Assembly: GCA_964035545.1 (NCBI GenBank)
Contig: OZ037768.1
Span: 13,153,675-13,217,674 of the forward strand
DNA: 64,000 bases
Direction of reading: 5' to 3'
From: Bugula neritina
Taxonomy: Eukaryota; Animalia; Bryozoa
The notes below the pieces were generated by a model. It did no database searches, was not told the origin of the DNA, and was given only the letters and a program-made list of their open reading frames with translations. Of the stretch, positions 41,402 through 64,000 are shown one piece after another. Each line of letters begins with the position of its first letter. Positions within the stretch are counted from its first letter, which is position 1. Made by a program: the position numbers and the translations under genes.

Positions 41402-42189
41402 TATTGAATGCAAGATTAGTAACAATCAACTCACCAAAACAACCGAGACTATAGCAAATTTCAGTTCTATATACACATCAAAAAGATTATTTTGCAAGCA
41501 AATGCAATGGTGGTTTCTCATAAATTCTATACCGCAACATAAAATATAAATCGAAGAGTAACTTGAATTAAATTTTTTAATATCTGCCTGAAACTAGAAT
41601 GATAACTTTAAAAAATAAAGATTTAAATACGCTGAATGCATTGACTGCTGCAGCTTCACCTACGTACAGTACCACACTTGTCCTACATCTTTTATACAAC
41701 ACAATCAAAGGTATGAGCCAATGATGTATAGCGTAAATTACAGAGTAATGTACTGTGAAAAGTGGAAGATCATCAGCAGCTGTTGAATCTTTCCACTTGT
41801 TAAAAGTTCATGAAATGTGAACAAGAGTGAGCTTCAAGCACTTGACTGGTTACAAAAGCAGAACTATGACAGTACAATAAAGATTTATTAATAAAACAAG
41901 TTCAACAAAATTATAAAACATTGTGGTAAACCAGTATTTAAAACAGAACCTAAATAAATGTATAAAACTATATTTTCAAAAAACTTCTGGTTGTCATGAG
42001 CATTCAGCTAGAAAGTTATATAATCCTACCAATCTATATAATATAGGACAAAATGAACACAGATGCTACTTTTGAGCAGTCCACCAGCACATATGGGCAT
42101 ATATACATGAGCGTATTATTTCATCTACTACACTACATAACCATTCAGATATACACAAATAGTCTTGGAACCTCAGTTTGTTAACCTTA

Positions 42190-63590
<21,401 letters not shown>

Positions 63591-64000
63591 CTAACAAAAC
63601 AAATAAGAACATTAGGTGAAAAATATCCCATTCCTGTACCATCAAAAAACTTGTTACTCATAGATTCTAACCTACATGGTATACATGGCACACAGTCAAA
63701 TGTATTCTACAGTAAAACAATAACAGAAATATCTGAAGAAAGGCATCGTTTAGGTGTTGCTCAGCCTTGCATAATAAATTCACCAAACATTTTCCCTCCT
63801 ACATTAAAAGATTTAGTTTCAACGTCCAAATTATGCTAGCAAAGTCCATGACTCTCAACCTCTCTAATATAAACAAATCTCAGGTGGCCATAGTTTTTCA
63901 ACAGCTAGAACGATATTAATTAAAGTCAGTAACCGGCAAATGGGAAATGATTGAAAATAAACGCATCAATTTATAATAATGTGGAAATAAATGCATTTGA

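Noticed and set aside
41765-41790. Other CTGATGA/CTGAAGA hits (also ~18466, 27633, 44233, 47563) as hammerheads
   Set aside because: No helix II plus GAAA plus NUH arrangement follows.

Overview
AT-rich, intron-dense invertebrate (metazoan) genomic DNA, not prokaryotic. I rebuilt four spliced genes by hand from GT/AG sites and phase continuity. (1) CASD1-like O-acetyltransferase, minus strand, 2966-11472, 20 exons, ~855 aa. (2) A divergently transcribed uncharacterised gene, plus strand, CDS 15578-29789, 16 coding exons, ~857 aa, with a Cys/His cluster. (3) A harmonin/USH1C-like 3-PDZ gene, minus strand, 30461-41401. (4) The 3' portion of ATR kinase, minus strand, 42190 to beyond 63590. Introns carry five copies of a tRNA-derived SINE (four with TSDs), two non-autonomous DNA transposons, a Ty3/gypsy pol relic, and many micro/minisatellites. 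Most notable: a complete minimal hammerhead ribozyme in sense orientation inside an ATR kinase-domain intron, with a decayed second copy 13 kb away; a CASD1 whose SGNH catalytic motifs are lost while the membrane domain is intact; tandem duplications that multiply AG|GT splice sites (one 33-nt unit reads like a complete mini-intron); a harmonin with no N-terminal domain; and a 6-nt ATR microexon. Gene models are manual predictions without RNA support, and family assignments rest on recalled motifs rather than database searches.
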